From NCBI RefSeq assembly GCF_002113885.1, contig NW_018407525.1, positions 374,157-438,156 of the forward strand: a stretch of 64,000 nt of DNA, written 5' to 3'. The DNA is from Mizuhopecten yessoensis. Its lineage: Eukaryota. Under the pieces are notes generated by a model. That model was given only the letters and a program-made list of their open reading frames with translations, was not told the origin of the DNA and did not search any database. The position numbers and the translations under genes were made by a program. Shown here in pieces: positions 12,939-26,974 of the stretch. Numbering within the stretch: the first letter of the stretch is position 1; each line of letters starts with the position of its first letter.

Positions 12939-15464
12939 GAGGAAATTGACATTGGGAGAGGTCAAAGATTATGGGCGAATACATGGTGAGCTGATAGGAT
13001 AGTGCCGATATTGTAATTGTGGCATTGCCCCGTTATAGCTGTAGCCATGGGACCACGGTACACAGCTCTCCGACGCGGGAGGGACGAAAGAGAGTCAACA
13101 CTAGCCGCGTGCAACATATGTTACCGTATACATGATCCTGTGACGAGCAAAATTTGTCATCCAAGTGCCAACATGTCATCAACGTATGTGTACAAACGAC
13201 ACCGATTACACATCAGATCACATGCTGTATCTTATGTAGCTGCTGTTTAGCGTCGATGCTGATCTCATGCTTGCGGTTACAAGAAGTTTGTACAACATGA
13301 AAGATAAGAAAATATATCTACATTCGTCTATGACATCCTCCTGATAAATGATTATTAGAAAATATTACAGAGAAGCGTTTTTGTTTGTATTGACGTCTTC
13401 GTCTTTAACCTGTATCAGTATTTGTCCAAAGTAGTCGAGTTCTGTTTTGCTATCCCTCGTTAACCCTTCATGTATCACTCTCCAATTAGGACTTTAGTGG
13501 ACAGATTGATATGAGAAACAACCCTCTGAATGTCAGGTATCCGTCCTATATGTATATCAATTGATAAAAGTGTTTTGTTAATAAACATGCATAACACTAA
13601 TAGATATAAACCAACGTTTGTGCAATTGAAATTCCATTGTCATGTGAATTGGGAAAAACTGTATATCGCTGAGATTATTTTGATTATTTTGACACCTGCG
13701 TTAACATAGATATGATTTGAAAAGGTACTGTCCGTCAAAATAGTTGTCAGTTAAATGTTTATTCAAACAACCGGAACACAACAGTAACGCACTGTTTGAT
13801 CAGTGTCAATGTCAACCTTATATGTTCACAACACCAATCCAAATCTTTCATTGAAACAGATTTTCAAGTTGTTGATAAATGCCGGAGGCGGAGACGGACC
13901 TCCTCATACAACATCCTTGTTTTCTATCGATTTATATACTCATTTACCGGTGCGTTGGTGCTTTCGATTGTTGCTTGATTATATACGTCAGACATATTAA
14001 ACGTATTCATTCATATTAAATATTATAAAAAATCATTAAAATAAGTGAATTAAAAAAAAATCCTTTTCATTTATGCTATCATATTTCTATTTTTGTATAA
14101 AATTTTTCTTTTAAGAATTGACTTTTAAATTTCCGATTGCATGACATTTTATATACTAGTATTTTACATTAATAAAGGTGACGCTCAAAATAAATATCAG
14201 TTTGTATACTCAACAGCGACCGTAGTTGATTAATCTGAATCGGCATTGCGCGTTTGTGTTTTCCCAAATGATGAAGCGTTTAATTGATTTGGAGGCTGTG
14301 CATATTTTATTCGTGTGTAGCGGATGTTGAACAAGGCGATCAAAGACAATGCTATCCGAGTCACAATAGAGGGGACACGGAAACGTCAACCACAGCCAAG
14401 GCCCTGCCTGGAAGACCTGACTACGAAATAGGTTTCATCCAATGGCTTTTAGCTATCATCGTCATGTTCAGAATATATTATACAAAGTGGAAACGGCTTA
14501 TGAAGTTGAAACTCAAAACGCGTATACTTTTTTATTGTCTAACGTTTACATAAACTCATATACTGCCACAGAAGAATTAAGAATTCTGAGTGGTGCAAGA
14601 TACAAGTAAGATAACGTGTCATATTCAATTTAGGCTAAAATAATAACTTTTTCTTCCAAATATTCATGTTTCAATGCAAGCGTTTGAAAAGTCATTGGTA
14701 CGAGTAAAACCTACTTTGATAAATCATTTTTTTACATTATTTAATAGGTAAATGTTTTCTTGTCAGAATGTTCTGGATGAGCTCAGTTTCTAAATAAATA
14801 CGTCTCTGGTTCTCATCATGTATACAACATTTGTACACAGGTTACCTATGAAACTGATTGTATTTGCCATAGGGGACAATGCTGTACGAGGTCATAGATA
14901 AATGACGGTAAGTTAGTCGGACAATAGTTCCGGTCACTTATGGAATGAAAAGGGATGCCAGATGTGAGTGGACCTGTCACTGTCGTATCTGTTATAATCT
15001 AACGAGGCACACCCTACCAGGTGGGTCCCTATTATAACTGACTCTAACTTTAATAAATATAACGTTTAATAAACAAATGTTGTATTTTGTTTTATAGATT
15101 GTAATTAAAAAGATACTTCCTAAATCTCCATGCTATTGTAAATTTTTAACACAAAAGCCATATTTCACTCGTTTTTCAAACAAAATCATCCATGAAAATA
15201 TTACATATGCTTTTTACTACGATGGCAAATTTTCTAACAATCACAGCATGTAAACACTTACTGTCCATTGGGGGGTCGTCCATGAATTTATTATTATCAG
15301 GAAAAAATACCGACGATGTGCATTCTTTTCTCATAAGTTTTGTTTGTTCATTATCAAGTTTTATACTCGTAAATATACTATCAATTCATTTGTGACTGTT
15401 AATGACACCATTGAATAATTTTAATTAAAATCATAAACTGGAACCATTACAAAATAAATGTTTA

Positions 15465-15862
15465 ACTGTCATCATATACTAGAAAATATACTGTCTCCAC
15501 ATATTAGAGACTACACTGTCGTCAAATACTAGAGAATATACAATTGTCACACAATAGATAGTACGTAATGTAAATAGGATGTAAATGGCCATCTCACTGA
15601 TAATCTACTGTCATCACATACTAGAACCACGGGTAATAAGTTGTAATAAGTTGTGAACCGCATTGAGACGACCTACGAACTAGGTTGTGATAAAGCGGTA
15701 TATAAGAACTTCTAATTATTTTATTGTTATTATTAGAAAATAAATTGTCGTCACATACTAGATGATATACCGGTGTCACGTACTAGATAATACACTATCG
15801 TCACACAATAGATAATACAGGATGTAAATATCCATCTCACCGATAATAAACTGTCATCACAA
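15465..15862. repeat. Decayed ~25-bp minisatellite interrupted by a SINE tail
   Basis: Repeated ctgtc(a/g)tcacatactaga.aata.a-like units. The block ggatgtaaat..ccatctcac.gataat..actgtcatcaca occurs on both sides of the insert. Confidence 0.6.
15625..15735 (+). mobile_element. 5'-truncated SINE 3' tail (same family as 45376-45720)
   Basis: aaccacgggtaataag...ttgtgaaccgcattgagacgacctacgaac matches aaccacggataataatttgtgaaccactttgagacgatctacgaac at 45632-45677. Ends in aaagcggtatataagaa...(TTA)n, an L2-like tail. Confidence 0.7.
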
Positions 15863-18800
15863 AATGCTACAAATACAAACGTCATACATAGTAGCACACA
15901 GCTGGGGGTATTGATGTTAATATGATAAATTATGTGTTTTGTTTTAAGGGAAATTTTATGCACAGCTGTTTAATACATTTTTATTAAATGTATTTTATAC
16001 CTGCATATACGGCAACATACCTTGGTAGACGCTCTGACACAACTACACGGATTTTTCGTTTCTAAATTAATATGCCATTGTTTCCAATTCGATATTGCAT
16101 AATTCATTTAGTATTTTATCTACTTAATTGTCAGGCCTGTCCGATCAGCTGTTTCGCTGTAAGTCTATTTATGTTTTAATCTGTCAATTTGCTCCGCTCA
16201 TCAAACAATTAAGGCAGTGTGTGGGGATCCACCAATGGTACAATCATATCCGTCAAAACCTTAATTGAAATAATGGATCGATTCAATTCACCCTTTCCTG
16301 TTCCGATCATGACACAAGCTAAATAGATTTATTTTAATTGAGAGTCAATTAGCCCGTTTGAGTCGTTTTACATATGTAGCATGCTATTGGCAAGAATAAC
16401 GTTTTTTTTTATAACAGTAGCTATACCAAACGCCTATTACTTTGTATTGCATTTTGGTTTTATCACATAGAAAAATAATAATTGAACTCCATGATTTCCT
16501 ATAGAAGAGTACACTAATCCGTATACAAGTTTTAAATAACCTTACATCTGCTAGCAGAAATAGTTAATGATGACACACGTTAACTATTGTTTATTACCTG
16601 AATATCACCCATCGAAATTTATAATTGTGAATTAAAATTTTAATTTAAGGTAAATTTTGAATAGAGAAACAAATAACAGAATTTTACTGGAGATTTTACA
16701 GTTCTAAAATAGTACACTTTATTATTTTCTAGCTAGCATGATCTTATTTGATAATGTATTTTATTCTTTTATTCACCTTGGCAATTATTCTTCGACAAAT
16801 AAATACAATATTTAAAAATGAAATTACATTTTACTATAAAAAATATATTTTAAGAGTATGTTTGAAATATAATAATAATAATTATATTAATTAATATTTG
16901 AATCTAGTAATAAAAAGAAATATGTCTGGTTCAAAATATCAGCGCTGTTTTATCATAATAGACAAGAGATAGTAAAATTCAACACTTCTGAATCAAAGTT
17001 AGTAATCAAAAGTTTCTTCAATGGCTTTTTACCCTGTCGCTTTCACCAAAATCATAACAAAATATATTTTCATTAAGTGTTAATTTGAATCCAAAATTTT
17101 CGAGTGCTAGCTTTATGTACTTTCTCCTTATTTGTATTACCTCTTGAAATTATTTTGTTGAAGTAAGCTCACTGCCGACATTTTGCGAAAACATAAACAA
17201 TACCTGACGAGCTAAGAACACCTAGGGCAATGCTTATACCAACAACTTGACGGAAATTGAAATCAAAATTAAAAATACATGCTATTCGTTTAAGTTTCTA
17301 TTCGTAATTATTAAAAACAATTCTTTAATACAATTAACTACTCCGTTATTCAAAATTTAGTTCTTACATATAACTTACTTTCAAGGAACACATTAAAATC
17401 CAGTAGTTGCATTTTTAGAACATTTTATAAATTTCCCGAAACTGTCAATTACTGGTGAGTTAGTGACAACAATGTGTTTGTATATGTGTTCCAGTGTTAA
17501 GCATGTGACATGATAGTTGTAGCGTATGACACATTTCCCTTCAGGTAAAAACAATTAAAGCCCAAACATGGAACATTCGTTTTCCTTCAATTATTCATGT
17601 ACAGCGTATACCTAGTTGTATTGGTCTTTCTAAAGTATTTACAAAGTCTTTGTAATTTCCACACTCGATACAAAATGCGTCCTGAGAACTCTGTAGCAAC
17701 AAAGATCTATCCGATTCAGGTCTGGGAACTTTTGGATGATTACATTGATAAATCAGGCAGAATTAAGAAAGGAAGGGAAATTCAAAAGGCCGTGTATAAA
17801 AATCCATGCAGTCTTATAAAGTTAGTTCTGACTTTAAGTAGGCCTAAAGGTATGGTTTCATGTTTCAATGCAAAAAGTAGCAACTTCTTTACTTTTGCTT
17901 AAATTCCCTTGAAGCAAGTGTGTAAAGAAATATTAGTAAACAAATCGTGTAAGTTGCTAATTTTGTCGGATTCGCCTTCCAGTATTGTCAGCACCTGGTG
18001 GGTGAAGTGGCTGGATAGAACTCCAAAGTTTCGCCAAGGGGAAATGACGGGTACAACAAAAATGACGGAAAAGTAAGAAGAATGTTAACTTACCTGCCAG
18101 GGTGAATTCGATTCGATGGCCAGGAACGACATCACAAGCTCCTGCCTTGGGGAACTGTGGTTCTTAGACTGGCCTGGCTACCTCCTCAGGCTTCTGCTTT
18201 CACTCTGCAATGACCGATCAATGAAAAATCTCAAGTTTTGATTCGCCCAACGTATGAACCAGTATAGTGAAGGGATGTTCGGATGCTTCGAGCTATCTCC
18301 TTTAACATAGATAGCAGCTTGTACCCCGGACCGCACAATCAACGCAATAATATCCTTTTGTTCTCTTAACCTAGAGCATATATCTAAAGTCTGTTATCAT
18401 GTCTAATTGAAGGTGATTCCGATTCAAATTAGGTTTTTTGTCGAGTTTGACAATGAGGCTGATGATTGGTTCACAAGTTCTGTGCTAACTTGTGGGTGTC
18501 GCCATTCGTGTAAGTCTACCTAAACGGTTCTGTTATGCATAATAAATCCACTACGGAACACGTGTTTAATCAAGCGTCGTGCCTCCTGCTCTCGCGGTGT
18601 GATAACGGCAGTGCTGGACGGTATGAGCTATCTCATTCCTATATACATCCGCGTCAGGGATCACAGCAATGATTTTCAACGGACATGCAGCATTGTGCGA
18701 TTAGACAAGGAAAATCATCAATTGTTTTTATTGAGAATTGAGCGGGTTCATCTTATTGGATTTACGACGTCATTCATTAACATTGAAACTAATTATTAAT

Positions 18801-21800
18801 GATGATGATAATTATTATTATATATTTAAGTAATATATTCTAAAACACTATTTCAGAATAGAACGGATTTATTATAATATTTCTCAACTTGGTAATATAA
18901 ACTTTTTTTTTTTTTAAATATAGATAATAATACGTTTACCTGCTGAGTGGTATGGAGTAAGTACTAAGCTTTCACTGATATTCCGTCACTAGACCAGTGT
19001 TTAAGTAGTAAATGACGGACACCACAGCTACATTATTTCCAGTTGTTGTATTAACGTCGACAAGTGTATTGGTGTAAGTGAGAGAATCGAATGAACACTA
19101 CAATGATTTTCCGGTTTAAAGGCCTGACCGAGCCACCACTAAACCCAATAGAAAACAAGAAAGAATAAATACTACAAATAAAACGTGGCAAACGGGGACG
19201 TGTAAGGGGCCATTTAACGGACGGATACATCTATTCAAACCCTTTGAATTGATTTAATAGAAGGGGGAGTTCTATCACTCAGTCGAAGTTTGTTTTCCCC
19301 TCAAATTACAAAAAGATAACACCAGAAGTATTTCACCCTGTTTTCACCGGGAATTTAAGTCGTGATTATTATAGGTAAGCAGGCACAAAAAAAGTATAGC
19401 TACCGTTCCGTCTTACGAGAACCTGCAAGCCGTCTCAATGACGGGGAAACGACGGCACAGATCTCCGCGAATTGATGACAGCAATGTAATAAGATACCAA
19501 ATTGATAATTACAAGTAATTCCTAAATTTCATTTTCCTATCAGAAGTGCCGATGAAGCATGACAGCGGATCAGCATCATCTGTTGGGTGTAATTGTATGT
19601 TCTCACTTATCCAAACTAACCATAAAGGAGATGAAATTGAAAAGTTTCACAAGGAAAAGTCACAATGTCAATTAGTTAGTTCCGACACACATTTTAGATT
19701 TGGGGACACACCATAACATTTTTAGCGTACTAGTAAAGTTTCACAACTAGTAACATAAAACAACATTTATTTTAACTATAGCAAAATAAAGCAGGTTTTC
19801 AGCTTCATATATATCATCGATATCCACAAATACTTATTTGTGAACCTATTTTTGCAACCTAAACAACATCAAAAAGTCTTTTTCTGCTGCACAAGTATGT
19901 AAATGGTATCCAATTATTTATAACATGCTAAAACAAGGGAATCACAAAAGATCTTATTCTTACCTGAAATATTATTACAAATAATTATATATGAATGTTA
20001 TTCTGTTGGACACAAGTATAACTAGATAATACAAAATATTGCACATGGAAACATATTTAAATCAATCCATAATATCAAACATTTATGTGTGTATCCTACT
20101 GACATTTATATTAAACTTAAACTTTCCGTTGATATCATAGAATGCGCTCTTAAAAGTATTTTATAGTGTGTTATGAATTAATATATCTTTAATAATGAGA
20201 GCAATCAAATTTTATGATTGATCATGTAACAATAGAAAGAGTAAATGAAACAGAAACGTCTTTTACATTTGATATGTCGTATGTGTTATAAATTACAAAA
20301 AACATCTTAAGTTTGATCAGTGAAAGTTCCGAAAAGTTACAGTTTATATTGCACAAACGATTATGTAGTTCGCAGCACGACACATAAAGGTACACATCAA
20401 AGAATATTCACACACAAGAGAAACCATGACAAACGATTCCTCAGATCCAATTCCAGATATCATAACAAATATGAAAGAAATGTGAAGACGTTACCTCGGG
20501 TGGAAGAACACCTCGGTTATCTGTGCCGCTCTGCTTTGCCTGTGCCGCAGGTAACGATCTGGTTCGTATTGTTTTGATGCAGCCCGTACTATGCCGAAGG
20601 GAAACGGCGCTTGTTTGTATATATATATTGTCCTGCGTCACCTCTCGTCTCATTGAAGAACCCTGCAGACAAAGTTAACATAATGATGAGGCTCTATGCA
20701 GTGTCTTGACACGGTGTTATTTGAAAAGGGGAGGGTCTATATTTGTACGTCAGAACAAGTATATGGCTTAGCCGTATGACGTTAGGTCATAACAACAGTG
20801 TTTATATTACTTGTATGTGTTTAGACATTTTTTGTGTGTGATCAACCATAGTGCCTTCACGAATACTTTAATTTGGCAATTGTGAATACGACATAATTCT
20901 TTGTACATATATCTATATTCTAGCTAACACATGTTTTTGGAATTATAAATCCCATTTCCTGGGTAAGTACATATTTTACATGTTTCTTAATTGTGTGTAA
21001 TAAACGAGTCCTTGTTTCAGTTTCATAGCTTTGATTATACAGACATGGTTTAACTTTTAATATCTTCCTTTTAATATTGTTTAAATAGATTTGAAAAAAT
21101 AACAAAATTAATTGTTATCATCACTTTATATTGCTGCAATATTAAATATTGATGGTTTGGTTTAATTCTTTGCAGATATGTGCATACGAACCGCCAAAGA
21201 AAACAAATGTAATTTTGGTACACCGAAAGGTATATGAGCTGAAATAGTATGCAGGAAAAAGATTTTTTGCATTTTGTTTATAATAAAATTCTTGTGACAA
21301 CTACAATATCCTGACACCATGGTTTTATTTTAAAGTATAAGCTTTCCACAATGTCTACGTAAATGAAATGATGATTAAGCATACGATTTGGAGAAAAACA
21401 GACTTGTTGAAACATTTTGAATTAAAATCTAACCACGCAATTTTATTTTTCTTATAGATAAACTAATATAAATAAGGAAGAATGTTTTATAAAATTTCAA
21501 TCGCGAACACTTTCCTTTTTCAATAAACACTTTACCATATATCATAATTTTATCATATCCTTATATTTCACGGGTATTGTACGCTTTTTGTAGCTGAGTA
21601 TATCTTCTGACAGATTATTACTGTTGCGTTTATTACTTTATTCATCAAAAGTGTAAAATAACTATTCATTAACAAAATTTATTTGTTAACATTTACCGAC
21701 AAGAAAATTAATGTAATTTACATACCTAATTGATAATCTTTTCAATAGCTGTACTTTATATGCATATCCAAAATAGAAATAGGAAATACAATTATTCAAT

Positions 21801-22947
21801 ATTAATTCGACGATTCGTCTTAATACTATAGCCATATATACATTCATTGTATTGCAAAATTATATCTTACTGAATTATATACGTTTGAATAAACTTTAGA
21901 TTCTGACAATCCAACCAAGAAATTGACTTTCATTTCCTTTCTTTGCTCACGACCTTAACATTCCTTAATATTTACCAACATGCTGCCTTATCCGTTCTAT
22001 AACAAATTATTTTATTCCGTCTTTTGCGGGAGAATTTGATTTGCTATAACTTTATTATCTTACTCCTTGCAATGAATTGTTCTGTCTTAGGAAAAAAATA
22101 AGCCTTTGGCAAACTAAATTTCTGTCTTTAAGAGGCAGTAGTTTTAATCATGGTTCCATCTTTCGATGCCGGTAACCTGGTTCTGTTGGATTATTTTTTT
22201 GCCTCAACATGGGACAGCAGACTGACTCTATTGATCAATCAACCGGTTCTACAATATGGCGTCTCGTCTCCGAGAAAATGATCATGAAAAACGATGCTCT
22301 GACGATGGCCTTCTGTGCAGCGAGTATTCGCAGAATGACAGCGCAATCAGAATTCGATGCCAAGCAGGTGTCAAGCCAAGCGGCCACTGACTTGCCGACA
22401 ATGACCCCGATCTCTATTTGAAACTGTGCCAAAAAGTCTGCCAACACTGAGATATACTGCATAAACGGCACGGATAGCGATCCGAAAGAGGGTAGTGGAC
22501 TGTAGAAATATTGGTCACTGAATGAGTAAGATAAAATATAATTGTGTAATTATTAGTATTTCTGACAGTACGCACATACTTACATGTTACTTTTGTTTGT
22601 ATAAACCTTATCAATTTATTGACATGAAATGAAATTGAAATCGTAGTGTTTATTATGTTTTGTTGTAACAAATTGTTATGCATAATCTGATATCTTTTGT
22701 ATTTATATATTAAAATATACAACCATGTCAAGACTGCACATTTACGTCACAATTCTTTAATTTGAGAGGGAAATCGAGAATAATCCAGTATGCAAAATAA
22801 ATGCAGTCATATTCAACACAATAATTCCTTATCATTGAATCCTATTTACTTTGTGTTGAACATAACAATGTATTCACCTAGTAACAAAATACCTTTATGC
22901 CGTACCTTTACAATTCTTAAATAATTAAATAACAGTTAATACCCAAA

Positions 22948-23097
22948 TCAAACAAGTTGGATGTTGACACCAATATAGAGCTCCACAAATCGACATTTTG
23001 TGATTTTTGTTCCTTGATAAATACGCAGAGCGGTAATTCACCGAACGAACAAGCGTTACTAACCAATAGTCCCCAGTTACTTTCGGGACACTTTAAA
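22948..23097 (+). mobile_element. Possible decayed Helentron/HINE-like non-autonomous element
   Basis: Starts aaacaag and ends atagtccccagttactttcgggacact (gtccc...gggac hairpin), resembling bivalve HINE ends as I recall them. Very degenerate. Confidence 0.25.
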
Positions 23098-23624
23098 CAT
23101 TGATTTTTTATTCTTTCGGACTTTAGTAAAAACTTTTTTTTATTTCTTTGGCTTTCTACATCGACGTACGATTCATTAAATAGGTGCTTCGTTATTTCGT
23201 GTTTCTATTGATCGATGTTGAATTGCTATTTACGTTTGTGTCGAGCAATAATATTTTATGTCTGTTTTCCGCCAAATTTGTTTTAAACGAACAACTTTTT
23301 TTATGTATAAAACCCTCCTATTTGATTTGAACATATGTATTTAAAATCATTTGACCTATAACAGATTTGCAGTTTTATATTCGTTTTACTATTGATTTAT
23401 CTATACATACATATACAAATATACAACATCAAATTGTTATATCAGCATTATATACTTGAGGTACAAAATCTTCATCAGATCGAAATATACATATCTATAT
23501 TTAATTCGCTTTGTGCAACATCTCACCAGACTCTGGCCAACGGCAGGTTAAGTGGAGGCAATCCTGATACTGATTACGAAACTAGAAATATACCATCCTT
23601 GTCAGTATGAATCCCAAGAGGTTA

Positions 23625-23778
23625 GTTGTACCAGTCCTAGACTCTATATAGACAAAGGCAATTGGGGTAAAATATCTTTGGCTTAAGGACACAGCCACAT
23701 AGGTCACCGAGAGATTCGAACCTGTGACCTGTGACCTCGTCACATTTTGTCTTTATCCAAGGAAACGACGCGCTGGCA
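23625..23778 (-). mobile_element. CORE-type tRNA-derived SINE fragment
   Basis: Minus strand has B box GGTTCGAATC (23713-23722) followed by CORE-like gctgtgtccttaagccaaagatattttaccccaattgcct. Confidence 0.65.
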
Positions 23779-25431
23779 TATATATATATATATTTATATA
23801 TTTATATATATTTCTGAGACCAAATAGTGAAGTTTAGACAAGTAGAATATGTAGGTTCTTCTCGTGTGAAATATAATTAATAATTAACAATCTTAAGGTG
23901 TGTAAACGTCAGGTATTCCTGTCTTAGTCGAAAGGAAATGCGAAATGAATGTGAAATTTGATATCTTTAGTCTTCCTCAATGCTCTTCGAAAGGAATTTT
24001 ACATTTTCGAAGCAGCATACAAGAATATATTCAATTTCTGACATATTTGCAAATGGTAATTGACTACAGAAAAGTCACTAGTATATAAGACAATCAGATA
24101 CAGATATAATAGTAAAATAATAGCAATGTCTCAATTAACATTAATTAACAATTAACAATTATCTCAAACAAACCACTCAGATGGATGGTCATAAATCGAT
24201 TATAATAATTACGATTAAATGATTACCTTTTCTCTGTCGATAGTATATCTCGAATAAGAAATTGATTCCCCAATCTGAGAAGTTTTCCATTCCCTGATGC
24301 CAGCATCAGGATGACATTAAGACAAAAATGTACCTCATTAATTAAAGGGGCTGACGAACCCACTCGTTCACACTCGTTAAACTCCGACTGTCTCTGGATG
24401 CTTTTGCAAATAAATGTAATAAAAATGGTTAAAAAAAACCAGCAGGCAGCTTCCTGATACTGGGACTCACTTGCCACTTAATAAAAATAAGACTTGGGAT
24501 TGCTACGTGACTAGATGTTAACCTCCATGTTTGTTTTAATCAACTCTGTCCCGAGGCAACAAACAACAGCGAATCGGGAAAGCGACCATTCAATAGGCCA
24601 AAAAGCATACTTAAACACGAATAGTATTTTTTGTTTTCAATTTGGCAATACAAGCTTAAATTAGATGAAAATTGTGTAATTTCAAGAACGAAAGAAATTG
24701 CTGACGTAACTATAAGGAGCTAAATGTGTTGAGCCAATTGAAATCTGACATACATTCGCGGGCATTCCAACGGCGGTGGTCAAATGTCATTTCTTCTTTC
24801 CGGTCATAATGATTTTTTCTCATCAGTGTCTGCAGACAAATTTCTAACAACAATAAACTATGTAATTATACGAAAAGCTATAAAATCACATTTCAGAATT
24901 GCACAGTATGTAAACTGAAGCAATTATTTTCAGAAAGGACAATGTGTAATTATAAAATTTACTTTATTTGAATGGTAACTTAATGAGAAATTGCTAGTTA
25001 TAAGTTTATAATATAACTGCATGGCTATTCCTGGCTAACTAACGAACGATTGTTTAAACTGGATAGTAACACATTCATTAGATGGTAAATTGCCTTTGTC
25101 AAGTGAAATGGTATAATGTTGCTTTTTGGTTATCGTGTTGTTGATTGAATCATAGCTAAAACTACTTAATAGACTAGCTGCTTAATTATTACACAATAAT
25201 GTCTAGTGTAACTGCGTATCCTGGGTATCAGGTATGTACGTGTATATACGTTCTCCTGACCATACATTAGTTAGCCAGGGTTTATATCAGAGGAACTTTC
25301 ATCTACTCTAACGAAATTTCCCTATAGCCACCATCAATTGTTTATCACTACAAATGTATTCACTGGCCATCATCCTTTAAGATATATATAAATGGTGGCC
25401 TAGTTATCTTTATAATTTTAACTGGAAACTT

Positions 25432-25490
25432 CATGACGGGTGCCACATGTGATAGAACACACGCTTATCCTTCTTGAGCACGTGTATATC
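25432..25490 (+). mobile_element. Penelope-associated terminal motif remnant
   Basis: catgacgggtgccacatgtgatagaacacacgcttatccttcttgagcacgtg. Weaker relatives at ~11300-11365, ~12310-12370 and 41613-41710. Family assignment is from memory. Confidence 0.45.
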
Positions 25491-26914
25491 TTTCCTCCTC
25501 TGTTCCTGGTATTGTGTCATTATGTCGACTTTGAGCTACGTTTTGTAGATGTTGTGATATGTGTGTTCCTATTCACTTCAATGGATTGAAAGTAAAAGAT
25601 TTCAAAACATCACATAATTCTTACCAACACTCTTTCGTACGTCACATGTCAGTTACCTCTCACTGGTTTTTGGTTTTGTTCGTTTGTATTCACTTCACAT
25701 ATCGTTTTTATAACACATTATCATCAGGGAAGACAAATGTTACTCTTCAAATACTCTATTTTCGTTGGTTTTAACACGCGTTGAATGATGTATTTCTCAG
25801 AATTCATTGTACAGTTCAATTTTTGGTTCATATATAACTTATATATATAACATCAGAGTGTATATACATAAAACAGTAATGTAACATCACGTATCCATCA
25901 CCGACAAGCTCCATACAAATCCGTTGACACCCACAACTTGAGACAATATTGATCGAAATCCCGCTAGGGCTACAGGGTGGAACATTGGCACGTGGGCTAA
26001 GCTAACCGCACCTAAACAAGATTAACACCATGTACACCAATCTTACACGTCTCGTCTTACGCCGTGAAAATCTCGTTTGTGCCAGAATGTTAAAAAAATA
26101 AACGTAATATATATCCTTGTCAGTCTCATGGTAAACCGATTCCTTTAGATCTGTAGATATTTGTGACAAGCGCAAAACGGATAAATTAAAGACTATTTAA
26201 ATTATGTGAGTGATGACTAGGACACGTAAGATTAGAACACCCAAACAGTGCGAGATGATTTATCATCGGTATGAAGACATTGAAATACTACCCCATCAGC
26301 AAACAAACTTCGGAATGCCTGCTGTCCAGTGTACGTCAAACGCTCGAGAGACCCCCTGTCGAATCATTGTCAAACATCTTCAAGACACCGAATCGAAGCA
26401 TTGTGGACGGCGGAAAATCGTTTGCCATTCTTCAGTCATAAATAATTAAACCGTTACAGTATTTTTTTGGTATGATGTTTTCTGAAAGTTAATGCTGAAT
26501 TGACGGTATTGTTACAGGTATTTTGAAGTAGACCTCTGAGTCACTATGTCCTTGTTTATACGGTAGTTCTGTGGTCTAGAATTATTGGAATTGTCTGCTG
26601 ACAGAGACGCAATTTCAAACCATACAAAAAGGTGATACGTGTTGGATTATTTACCGCTGAATGACATTTCCTTACAGTTCGTCTGACTCTGTGGGTTAAA
26701 TAATATTACCCCAGATACATCAGACCGTTGTTTGAATGATATTTTAATTAACAAATATATATAAAATACCTTTCTCTTTCAAAACTGGAAAAACTGATAA
26801 TACAATATCATTAATACTATTAACTAATTTTTTATTCATTTATTACTTATTACTGGTGCATAATATATGAGTGATTTGATACAAATTTAATTGTTCATTT
26901 TCGAAATATTTAAT

Positions 26915-26974
26915 CAATTGACACTCATTTGACACTCAATTGACACACACTCAATTGACACTCACTTGACACTC
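26915..26974. repeat. 11-bp tandem repeat (5 copies)
   Basis: ca(a/t/c)ttgacact x5; one copy has an extra acac. Confidence 0.9.

Noticed and set aside
18088-18103. ACTTACCTGCCAGGGT resembles the 5' end of U1 snRNA
   Set aside because: Similarity stops after ~15 nt, with no U1 stem-loops or Sm site. Better explained as a minus-strand splice donor.
24508-24530. Seed matches to conserved miRNAs (tgactaga here; tgagtatt ~40184; tatcacag ~40933; tattgcac ~32861)
   Set aside because: Only the seed matches; no full mature sequence and no precursor hairpin partner visible.
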